Shown in pieces: positions 9,974 through 18,524 of a DNA stretch of 55,440 nucleotides. The notes under the pieces were generated by a model that worked only from the letters and a program-made list of their open reading frames with translations, searched no databases and was not told where the DNA came from. Made by a program: the position numbers and the translations under genes. Source of the stretch: Geobacteraceae bacterium. Lineage in GTDB: Bacteria > Desulfobacterota > Desulfuromonadia > Geobacterales > DSM-12255. The first letter of the stretch is position 1, and each line of letters opens with the position of its first letter. The stretch covers positions 1 through 55,440 of the forward strand of contig JANNRW010000143.1 in the NCBI GenBank assembly GCA_031401815.1. The letters are read 5' to 3'.

Positions 9974-10777
9974 CTACACCAGCAGCAAAAATATTGCGCC
10001 GGCAACCAGCCTGTACCAGACAAAGGGATAAAGTGAATGACGCTGAACCAGCCTGAAAATAATTGTTACCGCAAAGTAGCCAAAAAGTGCAGAGCTCCCT
10101 ACCCCCAGCAAAAGAGGAACTGTTTCACCTGAAGGAATCCCGGTTTTGGCAAGGTGCCCTATTTTCAGAACCGCTGCACCAAAAACGACCGGAATAGAAA
10201 GCAAAAATGAGAATCTGGCTGATGTTTCCCGGTTATACCCGAGCAGCAGGGCAGCAGTTATCGTAACACCTGAACGTGAAACACCCGGAATAAGTGCGAG
10301 AGACTGGGCAATGCCTATGAACAGGGCTGCCTTAAGAGTAATGCGATCCATCTTCCAGCGCTTTGCTCCGGTTGTATCTGCAAAAGCCAGCAAAATCGCA
10401 AACCCGATCAAAAAAGCGCAGATCGTAGACGGAGAGTGCCTGAAAATCTCTTCTATCGGCTCTTCAAGCGTCTTGCCTACAATAGCGGCAGGGATTGTAG
10501 CAAGGATAATGAACCAGGGGAGCCGATTGCCAGGAGTATGGAATCCTTTGCCGCTTATACTTCCGATGAAGTTGTAGATAAGATCGAAGATATCGCGCCA
10601 GAAATAGAGGGAAAGGGCAATCAGTGTGCCCAGATGAAGGGCAACATCAAAAACAAGCCCGGATGCAGGCCATCCAAGCAGATGAGGAATAATAATGAGA
10701 TGGGCGGAGCTGCTGATCGGGAGAATTTCTGTAAGGCCCTGAAGTGAGCCGAGAATCAGCGCGTGAAGGTTGTTCAT
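9974..10777 (-). CDS. uppP: undecaprenyl-diphosphate phosphatase
   Basis: LPISSSAHL and PGVSRSGVTI motifs in a polytopic membrane protein of 267 aa. Confidence 0.93.
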   Translation of the reverse strand: MNNLHALILGSLQGLTEILPISSSAHLIIIPHLLGWPASGLVFDVALHLGTLIALSLYFWRDIFDLIYNFIGSISGKGFHTPGNRLPWFIILATIPAAIVGKTLEEPIEEIFRHSPSTICAFLIGFAILLAFADTTGAKRWKMDRITLKAALFIGIAQSLALIPGVSRSGVTITAALLLGYNRETSARFSFLLSIPVVFGAAVLKIGHLAKTGIPSGETVPLLLGVGSSALFGYFAVTIIFRLVQRHSLYPFVWYRLVAGAIFLLLV

Positions 10778-10846
10778 TAACTCTCCCGTAATCCGAAAAA
10801 CGAAAGAACCTTAAGGGAATATCGAGCTTTAATCAAGATAAATAAA

Positions 10847-11006
<160 letters not shown>

Positions 11007-11015
11007 TAATTGCCT

Positions 11016-11513
11016 TTATTCATTTATCTCCTCACCTGTCTCTTCCATCTCCCTGGTCAGTTCCGCCAGAGCCTCATCTTTTTTCCTGAATCTGACTATC
11101 AGCCAATAGCATAGAAAATATGCAGCTATTGCCGCCACAAATCCGATCAGTGAACTGCCAAGCAATATTTCAGCAGCATTGGAGCGAAGCATCTCCCACT
11201 CAAGACTCTTTACCGTAAAAGTCTCTGGCGGATTCCCGAGTACGAACTCACCCAGAGAGTGGCTTGCTATCAAGACTGGAATAACTGTCAGGGGGGTGTT
11301 TACCCATGCGCCGGTAATGCAGGTAAGCTTGTTCAGCCTGAAGATAAACGCAGCAGCAATGGCCATTGGAGTATGGAGACCAAAGAAGGGGGTGATGCTG
11401 ATGAATACGCCAACTGCAAAACCAACGGCAATATGACGCGGATGGCTGTCCAGAGAGAGAATCTTCTTAAATCGGGCTTGCCAGAGGGCTTTATCGAACA
11501 ATTGTGTTTGCAC
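11016..11513 (-). CDS. DUF2062-like membrane protein
   Basis: HPRHIAVGFAVGVFISITPFFGLH...WVNTPLT pattern with 3-4 TM segments. Confidence 0.6.
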   Translation of the reverse strand: MQTQLFDKALWQARFKKILSLDSHPRHIAVGFAVGVFISITPFFGLHTPMAIAAAFIFRLNKLTCITGAWVNTPLTVIPVLIASHSLGEFVLGNPPETFTVKSLEWEMLRSNAAEILLGSSLIGFVAAIAAYFLCYWLIVRFRKKDEALAELTREMEETGEEINE

Positions 11514-11521
11514 TCTGATGG

Positions 11522-13003
11522 TTACTCAATCTTTTTTATGGAGACAGCGCTTGCTCCTTTTTCAAAAATCCCGGATTTAAGTACCACCTCAAGAGTGATC
11601 AGTTCTTTTCTCTCCTCATCCAATTGATAATCCACAAGGTAATTCTGACTCAGTCTGGTATGCCAGATCTCCTCCAGAGTGACACCGTTCCAGCTGAAGG
11701 CATTAAGGCTGTTTTTTGTATAGGAGCGACTGTTGCCTATATTGTATGAACCTTCATTTTTAGGAACAATAACTTCTCCATCTCTTGTCACAAGAATTCG
11801 CTGTTCAAGAAACACCTTTCTGACAGGGCTGCCAGTAGTCTTCATCCCCTGCATATCTTCAATTGAGATAAAAGCCTCGGAGCCACCATACTTTTCGCTG
11901 CTCTTCCAGATTTTTTCCCCCTTTTCATTATAGACAAGCAGATAGCCGTCAGTATTTATAACAATGGAAAAGCTCTTATCATCTCTTCTGAACATGTTGA
12001 CGTTTAATATATTGGCACCATGCGGCAGTTTGACCGGATTTTTTAACTCTATCAGAGCGCCTTTGCCAGTTACCTCATAAAGATCACCATAATAATCGGC
12101 CTCACCTCCAAGCTGCTGCGCATAGATTTTTCGACTCTTCCCCTGAAAAGCAATTGCTCTGAAAAGATAAGGGAGTTCATCGCTCAGTTTTTTTAATGAT
12201 TTCCCTTCAGGGATCCATATCTGAGAACTTAATTTGTCGCCATCCATAAGCGTCAGAAAAATCTCGGATATTCCGTTATTGTCAAGATCAGCTGTGTCCA
12301 CCCCCAATATCTTCAGACCGAGCGGTAGGATGACTTCAGCTTGCAGAATCATCTCACTGCCCAGCAGGTAATATTGGAAACTTCGGCTTCCGGTAATAAA
12401 TATCTCGCGATTATTATCACCAAGTTTACGACCAAGCGCAATGCCTGTCATCTCTCCACCCAACTTCTGGCTTATCCAGACGCCACCGAGTCTGTTCATG
12501 GTTGCTTCAGCTCGGATAATGTTGGAAGAAAGCGCAGTTTTCTGATCAACCAGTGCCAGGGGTTTTGTTATGAGATGAGCAGGAGAGTTCGTTAGTTGAG
12601 CGGATTTACGGTAGATTTTGTCAATCCCGGTTGACAGGGTTTTAGCCAGTTTGCCGACTACCATCAGCATATCTTCTGCGCTGTCGCCCTGCTCAAATGC
12701 GCGCACCTGCACGGCTCCGTCCCTGCCCCTGACTGATGCATCAAGGCTGAAAACCTTGCCAAAGCCCAGATAACTGCCACTGATAACAAAGTCGGCTTGA
12801 GCTTCGTTCTCCACAATGGAAATTGTTTCGCCTCCAAGCCTTGATATCAGCAGGGTCTGTAATGCAGGTCTCAGCTCATCCTTGTTGGCTGCGCCGGTTA
12901 CTGCAAATAGTGAAACATAGACCTTTAGCGGAGCCGCAAGGCAGTTGCCAACAGTTGACAGAACTAGCAAAAAGGTCAGCGTCCAGAGTTTAACTATACT
13001 CAT
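11522..13003 (-). CDS. secreted/lipoprotein-like protein with FG-GAP/VCBS-like beta-propeller region
   Basis: N-terminal signal peptide (LVLSTVGNCLA-AP), a DLDNNGISEIF calcium-loop-like motif and repeated beta-rich segments. No specific family was recognised. Confidence 0.5.
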   Translation of the reverse strand: MSIVKLWTLTFLLVLSTVGNCLAAPLKVYVSLFAVTGAANKDELRPALQTLLISRLGGETISIVENEAQADFVISGSYLGFGKVFSLDASVRGRDGAVQVRAFEQGDSAEDMLMVVGKLAKTLSTGIDKIYRKSAQLTNSPAHLITKPLALVDQKTALSSNIIRAEATMNRLGGVWISQKLGGEMTGIALGRKLGDNNREIFITGSRSFQYYLLGSEMILQAEVILPLGLKILGVDTADLDNNGISEIFLTLMDGDKLSSQIWIPEGKSLKKLSDELPYLFRAIAFQGKSRKIYAQQLGGEADYYGDLYEVTGKGALIELKNPVKLPHGANILNVNMFRRDDKSFSIVINTDGYLLVYNEKGEKIWKSSEKYGGSEAFISIEDMQGMKTTGSPVRKVFLEQRILVTRDGEVIVPKNEGSYNIGNSRSYTKNSLNAFSWNGVTLEEIWHTRLSQNYLVDYQLDEERKELITLEVVLKSGIFEKGASAVSIKKIE

Positions 13004-13106
13004 AACGGCTCCATACAGAATTTATGTAGATTGAATTCAACCATTCTCCTCCTGAACTTGAAGAAGAAATAATGGCATACACAGCAGATATTGCGAAAGC
13101 GTCAAT

Positions 13107-13145
13107 AAAAATGCGGGGGAGAGTCGCCTCTCCCCCGCATTTTTT
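13107..13145. terminator. bidirectional rho-independent terminator downstream of porin gene
   Basis: aaaa-ATGCGGGGGAGAG-tcgc-CTCTCCCCCGCAT-ttttt: a 13-bp perfect stem flanked by A and T runs. Confidence 0.8.
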
Positions 13146-13186
13146 CTGGCATCAAACCCGATCTACAGGCTTAAATCAACACTCAA

Positions 13187-14560
13187 TTAAAAAGCGTAGG
13201 TCAACGTGACACCGGTAAGGAACGGATCCTTTTTCTCAGGTGAGGACTTGTAGTAATCGCCGAGCATTACATATGCGCCCTGCAGTGTTGTTGTAAGGTT
13301 CGGGTAGAGTTTGTAGTTGAGAGCCAGGTTGAGCTCTGTTCCGTAGTACTTGCTTGTGGCAGTTGCAGGAGTAAAGTTGTTCCTTTTGTCAGCCCAGACA
13401 AAACCTGCATTTGCGTTAGCAGACAACTTCTCGGTCATATTTGCGTCAAAACCGAGGAAACCGGCCTGGATACCCTGATTCTTGTTGTTGATTGAGGATA
13501 CGAGAGATTGATCCGAATCCATAGCTATAATGGTTCTCAGTATGATCAGCATGTTCGCTGAGTAGTATTGTCCGGAAGAGGTTGACGAACCTGCTGCTGC
13601 TCCAGCTGCGCCAGAAGCAAAAGTATTCTGGAAGGCTTTGTTTTTTGTGCTGGAGGTTCCATTATCACCAGATGCCAAGAGACCAGCTGCCCTGACTACA
13701 CCAACAGAACCAAGCTTGATTTTGGCAGCAACCTGTGCTGCATATGCGCTAAGATCTCTGTTTGCAATAGCAGGAGTCGCAGGAGGAGACCCAGCAGGAA
13801 CACCTGGTTGATTGAATCTATAGAGCTCTTCACCGGTTTGATACATGACAAATGCGTCAATATCAGCAGCGCCCATGTTAAGAGCAGCGTTGACACCAAC
13901 AGTATGTGTCTGATAGGAAGGCCCATAGGCGTCATTGTTCACAAGATAGTATGATGCGCCCAGTTTCATCGCTTTTGAAGGGTTGAGTTTCAGGTCGACA
14001 ATGTAGGCATCCACATTGGCTCGGCCTGTTGCTGTAGTCCCGCCACCCTCATAAAGACGAAGGAAACCGAGTGTCGTAGCAACAGCACCGAATTTTCCAG
14101 AGGTCATTACACCAGCTGCATCGTCAAAAAGGAATATCCCTTTGTAGGCATCGGCAACGCCTTGAATACCCACTTTGGCGTTGACATCTTTTGCAAGATT
14201 AAAGTCGAGGAATACATGCTTGGTCTCAAGGTTGACCGTATCAGCAGCAAGTCCTCCGCCCTGACCCCTGCCATTCTGGTAAGCAGCATCACCCCATGTA
14301 GAGTCAATTTCAAAGTGTGTTACCAGTTTAAGATCGTCGCTTGCCTTGGCAATGTACTGAAGTCGCGCTCTCTGCTCGAAAAGAGTGTAGGTCTGTTGCG
14401 TAGCCTTGGGGCCAAGAGTTGCTGCGCCTGCAGACTGGAAATTTGTTGCCATCGCTCTCAGACGGTACATCCCGTGAGCTTCGTGCTCTAAAGCGAGTGC
14501 CGGAACTGCTGCCGCAGCGATAATGGCTGCTGCGCCTAATACAACTAGCTGTTTCTTCAT
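13187..14560 (-). CDS. outer-membrane porin (possibly OmpJ-like)
   Basis: Signal peptide MKKQLVVLGAAAIIAAAAVPALA, alternating beta-strand pattern, and a C-terminal ...TLTYAF with terminal Phe. The OmpJ assignment is from memory of Geobacter biology only. Confidence 0.7.
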   Translation of the reverse strand: MKKQLVVLGAAAIIAAAAVPALALEHEAHGMYRLRAMATNFQSAGAATLGPKATQQTYTLFEQRARLQYIAKASDDLKLVTHFEIDSTWGDAAYQNGRGQGGGLAADTVNLETKHVFLDFNLAKDVNAKVGIQGVADAYKGIFLFDDAAGVMTSGKFGAVATTLGFLRLYEGGGTTATGRANVDAYIVDLKLNPSKAMKLGASYYLVNNDAYGPSYQTHTVGVNAALNMGAADIDAFVMYQTGEELYRFNQPGVPAGSPPATPAIANRDLSAYAAQVAAKIKLGSVGVVRAAGLLASGDNGTSSTKNKAFQNTFASGAAGAAAGSSTSSGQYYSANMLIILRTIIAMDSDQSLVSSINNKNQGIQAGFLGFDANMTEKLSANANAGFVWADKRNNFTPATATSKYYGTELNLALNYKLYPNLTTTLQGAYVMLGDYYKSSPEKKDPFLTGVTLTYAF

Positions 14561-14687
14561 TTGTTGGTCTCCTTTTATGGTTGATGAAAAACTGTTTCCC
14601 GATTCTTAACCTGCATCAACTGCTTCGAGATCATCACTCCTTTCCCTAAGATTGATCCAGCTTGAACAAAAAAGCCCTGTTAGTCAC

Positions 14688-14736
14688 TCTGCGCATAGAG
14701 TAAAAACGTTCAGGGCGTTGATTCATTTCCGGTCAT
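14688..14736 (-). terminator. terminator-like nested hairpin plus U6 inside the long porin leader
   Basis: On the minus strand: GCCCTG-...-ACTCT-atgcgc-AGAGT-...-CAGGGC-TTTTTT, about 130 nt upstream of the porin ATG. Confidence 0.45.
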
Positions 14737-14786
14737 ATCACCTGTAAGATTGTTTAACATTGACACCTTCACATAAATTTATTGGC

Positions 14787-14815
14787 AAACTACAACTTAT
14801 TAAGAACTTTGTCAA
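14787..14815 (-). promoter_or_regulatory. sigma-70-like promoter upstream of porin leader
   Basis: Minus strand: TTGACA, a 17-nt spacer, then TAGTTT. Confidence 0.4.
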
Positions 14816-14952
14816 GTTTCTAATAAGAGCCCTTAAAACAGCAACTGTCAGGCATCCAGACCTTCAAGGGGAGCTTCTGTTTTAAAATAGTAGGCCAATA
14901 ATACGAATTTCCAAACTGAAGTCAAGTAAATTTTCAAACGTTGTTACTAAAT

Positions 14953-15357
14953 TTAATGGGTTTGCTGACAAATCTCCGTCAGAACTCCGTGCGAGCTTTT
15001 CGGATGGATAAATGCAATAAGGCTGTCATGTGCGCCCTGGCGAGGCTTTTTGTCAATCATGCGGACTCCGTCTGCCATCAAGTTGGCAATCGCAGTAACG
15101 ATATCCGGAACTTCATAAGCGATGTGATGTATTCCTGATCCATTTTTTTCCAGAAATTTTGCTAGCGGACTCTCCGGATCTGTCGGCTCCAGCAGTTCTA
15201 TTTTGGACTCACCGATGGAAAACATGGCTACCCTCACCTTCTGTTCAGCTACCTCTTCCATGCCAAGACAGGTCATTTTGAGGTTGTCGCGGTAAAACGG
15301 GAGGGCTGCTTCGATGGAGGAGACTGCTATGCCGATATGGTCGATTTTTGTGAGCAC
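14953..15357 (-). CDS. mce: methylmalonyl-CoA epimerase (VOC/glyoxalase fold)
   Basis: KIDHIGIAV, ELLEP and GIHHIAYEV motifs. The start is taken at GTG 15357 after AAAGGA; the ORF-track start at 15381 runs into the inverted repeat. Confidence 0.85.
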   Translation of the reverse strand: MLTKIDHIGIAVSSIEAALPFYRDNLKMTCLGMEEVAEQKVRVAMFSIGESKIELLEPTDPESPLAKFLEKNGSGIHHIAYEVPDIVTAIANLMADGVRMIDKKPRQGAHDSLIAFIHPKSSHGVLTEICQQTH

Positions 15358-15374
15358 GATAATTCCTTTTAAAT

Positions 15375-15897
15375 CCACCACGGAGACACGGAGGCACGGA
15401 GAAAGTCAGAGAATAAATCTTTTTATGCCGTCCTTCATTAGTGGAACATTGAAATTCAGAAGCAGTCCGGTTTTTATACCGGTAAGCCTCAAATAAGTCA
15501 AAAGCTGTGCTTCATGTACGGGTAAGACTTTTTCAACACTCTTCAATTCTACAAGAACTTTGTCATTTACCAGAAGATCAATTCGGTAGACACTATCAAG
15601 TTGCATCCCTTTATAGCATACCGGCAAGAGTTTCTGTCTTTCAATAGGGACTCTCAGCTCTGAAAGCTCATAGCAAAGGCACTCTTCATATGCCGACTCA
15701 AGAAGCCCTGGCCCAAGATATTTATGAACCTCAATTGCTGCTCTTATGATTAAACCTGTCAGCGCTTCATCCAACATTCAGATTCTCTCCGCTACAGGCT
15801 GATTCAGAGCAAAATAAGCCCTGTTAAAATCCAGTCTTTTCCAACCCGTTTTTTTGTTTCCTCAGATTTTCTCCGTGCCTCCGCGCCTCCGTGGTGG
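15375..15897. mobile_element. family D cassette: 31-bp CACGGAG-type inverted repeats (28/31 match) enclosing a GxxExxY gene
   Basis: The left arm ccaccacggagacacggaggcacggagaaag (15375-15405) matches the reverse complement of the right arm (15867-15897) at 28/31. The arms abut the gene stop codon and lie 15 nt from the mutase stop. Confidence 0.7.
15406..15777 (-). CDS. GxxExxY protein (PD-(D/E)XK nuclease-fold family)
   Basis: GLLESAY (GxxExxY) plus [15 protein letters not shown], a D...ExK nuclease-like core; 123 aa. Confidence 0.85.
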   Translation of the reverse strand: MLDEALTGLIIRAAIEVHKYLGPGLLESAYEECLCYELSELRVPIERQKLLPVCYKGMQLDSVYRIDLLVNDKVLVELKSVEKVLPVHEAQLLTYLRLTGIKTGLLLNFNVPLMKDGIKRFIL

Positions 15898-15911
15898 GTT
15901 TTCAAGCTACA

Positions 15912-17570
15912 CTACAGAACTACGGTTTCGCGGTGTACACCAAATACCCCTCTCAGCACGTCGGCAATTTCGCCAAGGGTTGCATAGGTCTTCACCGCTT
16001 CAAGAATATAAGGCATCAGGTTTTCGGTCCCTTTGGCAGCAACTTCGAGTTTTGCAAGCGACACTTTTACTGAAGCATCATCACGCCCCGCCTTCATGGC
16101 GCCAAGTGATTTCTTCTGTGAAATCTCAACCTCTGCCTTGACTTTCATCAGCTCCGGCATTGGCTCGTTTTTTACCTCAAACTTGTTTACCCCGACAATG
16201 ATAAGGTCATTAGTTTCGATAGAGCGCTGGTAGGTGTATGCCGAATCCTGAATCTCCTTCTGCTGGAAGCCGCGAGAGATTGCTTCTACTGCGCCGCCTA
16301 GTTTATCGATCTTGTCTATATACTCCTGGGCTGCTTGTTCGATCTTATCGGTAAGCGCTTCCACGAGAAACGACCCGGCCAGAGGGTCGATGGAATCGGC
16401 CACTCCGGATTCATAAGCAATGACCTGCTGTGTCCTCAAGGCAATCCTGACAGAGTCCTCTGTCGGAAGTGCCAACGCTTCGTCCCGGGAGTTGGTATGT
16501 AGCGACTGGGTTCCACCCAGCACTGCCGCCAGTGCCTGCATGGTGACACGCATGATGTTGTTGTCTGGCTGCTGGGCAGTGAGAGTGCAACCGGCTGTCT
16601 GGGTGTGAAAGCGGAGCATCTGCGATTTTGGATCTTTTGCCTTGAACCTCTCCTTCATGATCTTTGCCCAGAGGCGGCGGGCAGCACGGAATTTGGCGAC
16701 CTCTTCCAGAAGGTTATTGTGAGCATTGAAGAAGAAGGCAAGCCGGGGAGCAAAGTCATCTACATCAAGCCCTGTCTTGATGGCAGCATCAACATAGGCG
16801 ATGCCGTCGGCCAGGGTGAAGGCAACCTCCTGCACAGCAGATGAGCCGGCTTCGCGGATATGATACCCGGAAATGCTGATAGTGTTCCAGTTGGGGACAT
16901 GATCCTTGCAGTAGGCAAAGATATCGGTGATGATCCGCATCGACTCCTTCGGCGGATATATGTAGGTGCCGCGAGCCATGTACTCCTTCAGGATATCATT
17001 CTGGATGGTGCCTGAGATCTTTTCCGCAGAGACCCCCTGTTTTTCCGCCACTGCAATATACATGCAGAGAAGGATGGCGGCTGTAGAGTTGATGGTCATG
17101 GAAGTGGAGACCTTGTCGAGCGGAATCCCGTCAAAGAGAATCTCCATATCAGCCAATGAATCTATCGCTACCCCGACTTTTCCGACCTCACCCTGACTCA
17201 TGGCAGCATCCGAGTCATAACCCATCTGGGTGGGAAGGTCAAAGGCCACGGAAAGACCGGTTTGCCCGGCTGAGAGCAGATACTTGTAACGCTCGTTAGA
17301 CTCCTTCGCAGTGCCGAAACCGGCGTACTGGCGCATGGTCCAGAAGCGACCGCGATACATGGTAGGTTGTACACCACGTGTATAGGGATAATCTCCGGGG
17401 AGACCCAACTGCTCATCATAGTCCGGGTAGTCAAATTCCGGGGTGAAACAACGCTCCATCTCAATATTTGAAGAAGTCCTGAAATCCGTTGTCCGTTCCG
17501 GAGCTTTGGCAAGTCCCTTTGCAGTTTTCTCGTTCCACATCTGTATTTTATCGGCTATGCTCATCAACAT
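15912..17570 (-). CDS. methylmalonyl-CoA mutase, catalytic (N-terminal) subunit without B12-binding domain
   Basis: [35 protein letters not shown]...[17 protein letters not shown]. The protein ends after the TIM-barrel/linker and has no DxHxxG domain. The start may be the third codon (ATG 17564). Confidence 0.92.
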   Translation of the reverse strand: MLMSIADKIQMWNEKTAKGLAKAPERTTDFRTSSNIEMERCFTPEFDYPDYDEQLGLPGDYPYTRGVQPTMYRGRFWTMRQYAGFGTAKESNERYKYLLSAGQTGLSVAFDLPTQMGYDSDAAMSQGEVGKVGVAIDSLADMEILFDGIPLDKVSTSMTINSTAAILLCMYIAVAEKQGVSAEKISGTIQNDILKEYMARGTYIYPPKESMRIITDIFAYCKDHVPNWNTISISGYHIREAGSSAVQEVAFTLADGIAYVDAAIKTGLDVDDFAPRLAFFFNAHNNLLEEVAKFRAARRLWAKIMKERFKAKDPKSQMLRFHTQTAGCTLTAQQPDNNIMRVTMQALAAVLGGTQSLHTNSRDEALALPTEDSVRIALRTQQVIAYESGVADSIDPLAGSFLVEALTDKIEQAAQEYIDKIDKLGGAVEAISRGFQQKEIQDSAYTYQRSIETNDLIIVGVNKFEVKNEPMPELMKVKAEVEISQKKSLGAMKAGRDDASVKVSLAKLEVAAKGTENLMPYILEAVKTYATLGEIADVLRGVFGVHRETVVL

Positions 17571-17603
17571 CTCCTTCAGATACTTTAATCATCAAGTTCA
17601 TTT

Positions 17604-18239
17604 TCAAAACAGCGCCTTCACCAGCTCCAGCGCTTCGGCATTAACCTCTTCTACCGGCCTGGCGGCTGAAGCATCAACCCGCTTGCCATTCCAGCGGGTA
17701 AGCTCTCGCAGATAGAACTCCCGCTGCTGCTTATAGTAATCCATGCCACCTTCGTGATGGATCTGGAGGATATCCTCGATCCTCTCAAAGGCAACTTCCA
17801 GCGACACGTCACAAAAGATGGTAAGATCCGGATAGATCTCATCCTCGAAAAGGAAGCCCCGGGAAATCTTATCCAGATGCCGCAACACATCGAACTGACG
17901 GGTATGGCCCTGTAACCAGGCATTTGCCAGGGAGGACATGCTCGACTGCTTGCAGAGAACTATTTTGTCCTCAGCAAGTGCCGGGCGGACAATCTTCGTG
18001 AATATCTCCGCCCGGACAGCCGCTTCGAAGAAAAAATCAGCGCGGGCATCTTCACCAAAAGGCCAATTCAGTAAATTAGTAATCCCGAGTTCCTTTGCCC
18101 GACCGGAATCGGGATTCGAACATTCGACAACATTATAGCCAAGATCAACCAGAGCTTTGTGCAGTGCGACAATGGTTGACTTAACCTTTTGCCCGGAGCC
18201 GCTGATCCCCTCGATAACGATAAATTTTCCTTTTCTCAC
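17604..18239 (-). CDS. thymidylate-kinase-fold protein with degenerate catalytic motifs
   Basis: KFIVIEGISGSGQKVKST aligns to the Tmk P-loop but has Q at the Lys position or an insertion. The DR(Y/H) motif reads CKQ, while the PDLTIFCDV lid region is conserved. GTG start after AGGAGG. Confidence 0.65.
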   Translation of the reverse strand: MRKGKFIVIEGISGSGQKVKSTIVALHKALVDLGYNVVECSNPDSGRAKELGITNLLNWPFGEDARADFFFEAAVRAEIFTKIVRPALAEDKIVLCKQSSMSSLANAWLQGHTRQFDVLRHLDKISRGFLFEDEIYPDLTIFCDVSLEVAFERIEDILQIHHEGGMDYYKQQREFYLRELTRWNGKRVDASAARPVEEVNAEALELVKALF

Positions 18240-18356
18240 TGTATCCTCCTGGACGGTTGTATGATCTGTAACTCAAGCAAACCGACTGACCTCGCCTTTT
18301 TTTGGCAGGGTCAGTCGGTTGAACAACTATCTTGTCCGGCTGGAGCCCATTGCTGG

Positions 18357-18524
18357 CTAGGAGGCTGTCGGACTTAGAATAAATCAGCTGCAAATCCGTC
18401 TGAACGGTTCATATTTCGCCGCTTTCTTGGTCAATAGAACAACTATTGACCTTCAAAATCGACAAAATCTGCCCTCGCCCAGTCGAATTTTCGCTTTGAT
18501 TTCCTAAGTCCGACAGACTCCTAG
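18357..18524. repeat. 168-bp palindromic spacer element (22-bp terminal inverted repeats, internal 9-bp hairpin)
   Basis: ctaggaggctgtcggacttaga (18357-18378) matches the reverse complement of 18503-18524 at 21/22. There is an inner hairpin ggtcaatag-aacaa-ctattgacc (18429-18451). The right arm overlaps the stop codon of the upstream gene. Confidence 0.6.

Noticed and set aside
18105-18130. GGGATTCGAACATTC resembling a tRNA T-arm.
   Set aside because: It lies inside the Tmk-like coding frame. No acceptor stem, anticodon arm or D-arm can be drawn around it.
18240-18520. Cobalamin riboswitch expected near a B12-dependent mutase operon.
   Set aside because: No B12-box-like core or characteristic multi-stem junction was recognised by eye here or at 23858-24050. 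A covariance-model scan would be needed to exclude it formally.
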